Assembly (NCBI GenBank): GCA_964106915.2
Contig: OZ066916.1
Length of the DNA: 64,000 nucleotides
Source of the DNA: Podarcis gaigeae
Lineage: Eukaryota
Direction: 5' to 3' (one strand)
The translations under genes and the position numbers were made by a program. Below the pieces are notes generated by a model, which made no database searches, had not been told where the DNA came from, and saw nothing but the letters and a program-made list of their open reading frames with translations. This document shows, in pieces, positions 61,493-64,000 of the stretch (the stretch's first letter is position 1; each line of letters begins with the position of its first letter).

Positions 61493-64000
61493 GATTTTGA
61501 TATTATTTTATAGATTTTTCTCTAGGCTACACCTTGAGCTTTAGAAATAAGTGCTGCTTTATTTATTGGATCTGGCCCAATTCCCCACCCCTGGTGTAGG
61601 CAACAGAAGATGTACAAATGCTCTGATCTAGCACAATGCACATTCCTACGTTTTTCTGTCTGTTTCAAAATGCAACTTGGTTTAACTAAAAGTGAAGGGC
61701 TCTGATGGATCACCCCTGGTTGCTTCCATCACTGCAGTGGCACACCCCTCCATTTCTTGCAGGTGGGCTGGTAAGTGGTGGAATCATGGACACAGAAGGC
61801 AGGCAGGTGGGTGGTGCAGGTAAGCCGCATTATGATGCCAGTGTCACAAGGTAGCCTCATGGGTGACAATTGGGGAGATGTATTCTGCCGCTTGAGGTGC
61901 ATACCACATTCTGCCTGAACCTGCTTGCAGCTTATCCATTGTGGAGCTGTGCCTCTCAAGAGTAATATGTCTTTTAGTCTACAAAGGAAATCTGTTGAAG
62001 AGCAGGAGTGCCTGGACTTGCATAAGTGCTTGGCGTGGTAGAAGACCCCAGTTTCACAGCTTTCGCTTAGAGTTCTCAAATTATGACTCTTCAAAATTCA
62101 AAAAGGTGCTGAGTAACTGGGTTGGGCACTAAAGTGAAATGAGAGTTGTGTATGCTGCCAAGTCTTTTCAGGAACTGGTCCAAAAGATGCAGAGTCATGC
62201 CAGGCTCACTCTTGTGTCAGAAGATGCTTCCATTTTGTATATTTCCCTGTGCTGCAGTTGATTAGAATGCCAAGATGTTAATCAGACTATTGCTGATTTA
62301 AGCCTTTTGACTCTGGTACCTTCTGTCACCTAACGGCAACCTTCCATCAGGCCACTGATCAGAGGGAGGAAGGGGAAGGGGAAACAGGGCTGTTTCATCA
62401 CCTCTGTTGAGAGGACCAGCTTCCTTTGACTCTCTCCAACTGTCACCCACTGGCAGCTCCTTCATGAGCCTACTTGAACCTGTTTCCATCCCAACTGGTA
62501 ATTACAAGAACTGTAACTTGAAAAACTGGTGCATGAAGTTGCTTTTTCCTCTCTCCTCCCCATCCCCTTTTCCTTGTGTACTGTGTCTTTTAGATAGCAG
62601 CAAGACTATCTAACATGAGGTTGATGCCTAAGAAAGCAAGACTATCTAAATGAGAGTGCAGAAGGAGGAGTTGGCAGCCACCTGGCACCAGTGGTGCCAA
62701 AACAAGGTAGCACAATGTATTGTGCCGGTGCTGGTTGTAAGCAACAGAATGAATATGAGAACTTATCAGTGTGATGCTGTAGGTCTGTCAGGTGGTAATG
62801 TAGTAGGATGTTTGCTAAAAGAGAAAGGAAAAAAAGGAAACAAGTGACTGCCTGCGATAATCAAAACCAAAGTTTTCTATTTCCATGGCACAAGCAAACA
62901 CATAATTAAATGTGGTATTTATAAATTTATAAATATTTATAAGTATTTATAAATATCACATTTGTTTATAGAGGCTTGGGAAGTCCCCTTCCCACTAGTT
63001 TTAAGGGTCCTGAAAGTGCTACTTCTTACTTGCAACACTCCTGTTTCAAATGGACTTAATTTCTTCTATTTGCATGATATCGAAGAACCAACTGTGCAGC
63101 AGGTGGAATAATTTAACAAAGGAGCATCCATGTCAGCACACAAGCATTGAAGTTGCTTTGGGCAACCCATTCTAAGGCAGCCATGGTGTCCAAAGTGAGA
63201 CTGGCAATACATGCTTATGGGGGAGTAAGTCCTATTGAAAACAATGGGGCCTCCTTCTGAGAAGATGTGGAAAAGATTGCACTGTTAGCGGTTCTGTTGC
63301 CACTGAATTTCAGCCTAGTTCCATCACAGGAGTCAGAGAGTTTCTAACTCAAATGTTTTGCTCTTCAAAACCTTTTTAAAAATTAGAACAGGTGGAGTGC
63401 AGGGCTTCTGCTGAAAAGCTGGTTGACTATGCCAAGACACAAGATACAAAGTCCTTTTGTCTAAACGCCTGTGATTCGGCACTTCCACTGCTATTACAGT
63501 CGTTGCCTTCAGGGTCAAACAAGGAAGGAAACAGTTGTACTCTCAGATAAATGAAAAGGTTTCACAGAAACTCGTTACAGCAAATTTGATGGTTATCAAA
63601 GCAAGATTGTTCAAAGCAAGAGTTGGGTTGTTTCTCCCTCTTGTAGTTTCAATGGTCAGAATACCAAAAGGGCTTTCATGGATGGAAAACATGTACCAAA
63701 GGAAATAAAAGCTGAAGTCCATACAACTTTGAGGGATGACACAATGATGTAGTGGGGGCATTTGAAAGTGTCCTCCCCATGCTCAGTACAAATCTAACCT
63801 TTTCTGTTTGTCTCGGGCAAAACTAGTTTTGAAGTTTCCAGTTTGAATAAGCAAAAAACTGACTACTGAGGATACCTATTGGCTAACATGTGTAACATCA
63901 CCAACTCTCCTCCCCCCAATTCCTGGAACACTCTGATTGTTTTAAGAATATCTGGGTATTGTTGTTTTCAGTAAAGTGAAAGATGGAGGTATAAATTAAT

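Overview
Vertebrate (squamate, probably lacertid lizard) genomic DNA. The left 35 kb holds the head-to-head mitochondrial gene pair RTN4IP1 and QRSL1. RTN4IP1 is on the minus strand with 8 coding exons in the window; its last exon lies upstream of base 1. QRSL1/GatA is on the plus strand, complete, with 11 coding exons encoding 524 aa. The two share a CpG-rich bidirectional promoter at about 13.6-14.1 kb. The remaining about 29 kb has no recognisable host gene. The window is dense with squamate repeats: one full-length and two 5'-truncated BovB (RTE-clade) LINEs, CR1 and Rex1/Babar 3' fragments, Sauria SINEs, tRNA-Lys/CR1 SINEs, CORE-type SINEs, Tc1/mariner and hAT MITEs, and microsatellites. 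The most notable observation is that the first 128 nt of the full-length BovB RNA fold by eye into a complete HDV-like double-pseudoknot self-cleaving ribozyme. Its predicted cleavage site coincides with the TSD-defined 5' end of the element, and it is followed by a second pseudoknot just before the ORF start. All structures were derived manually and need computational or experimental confirmation.
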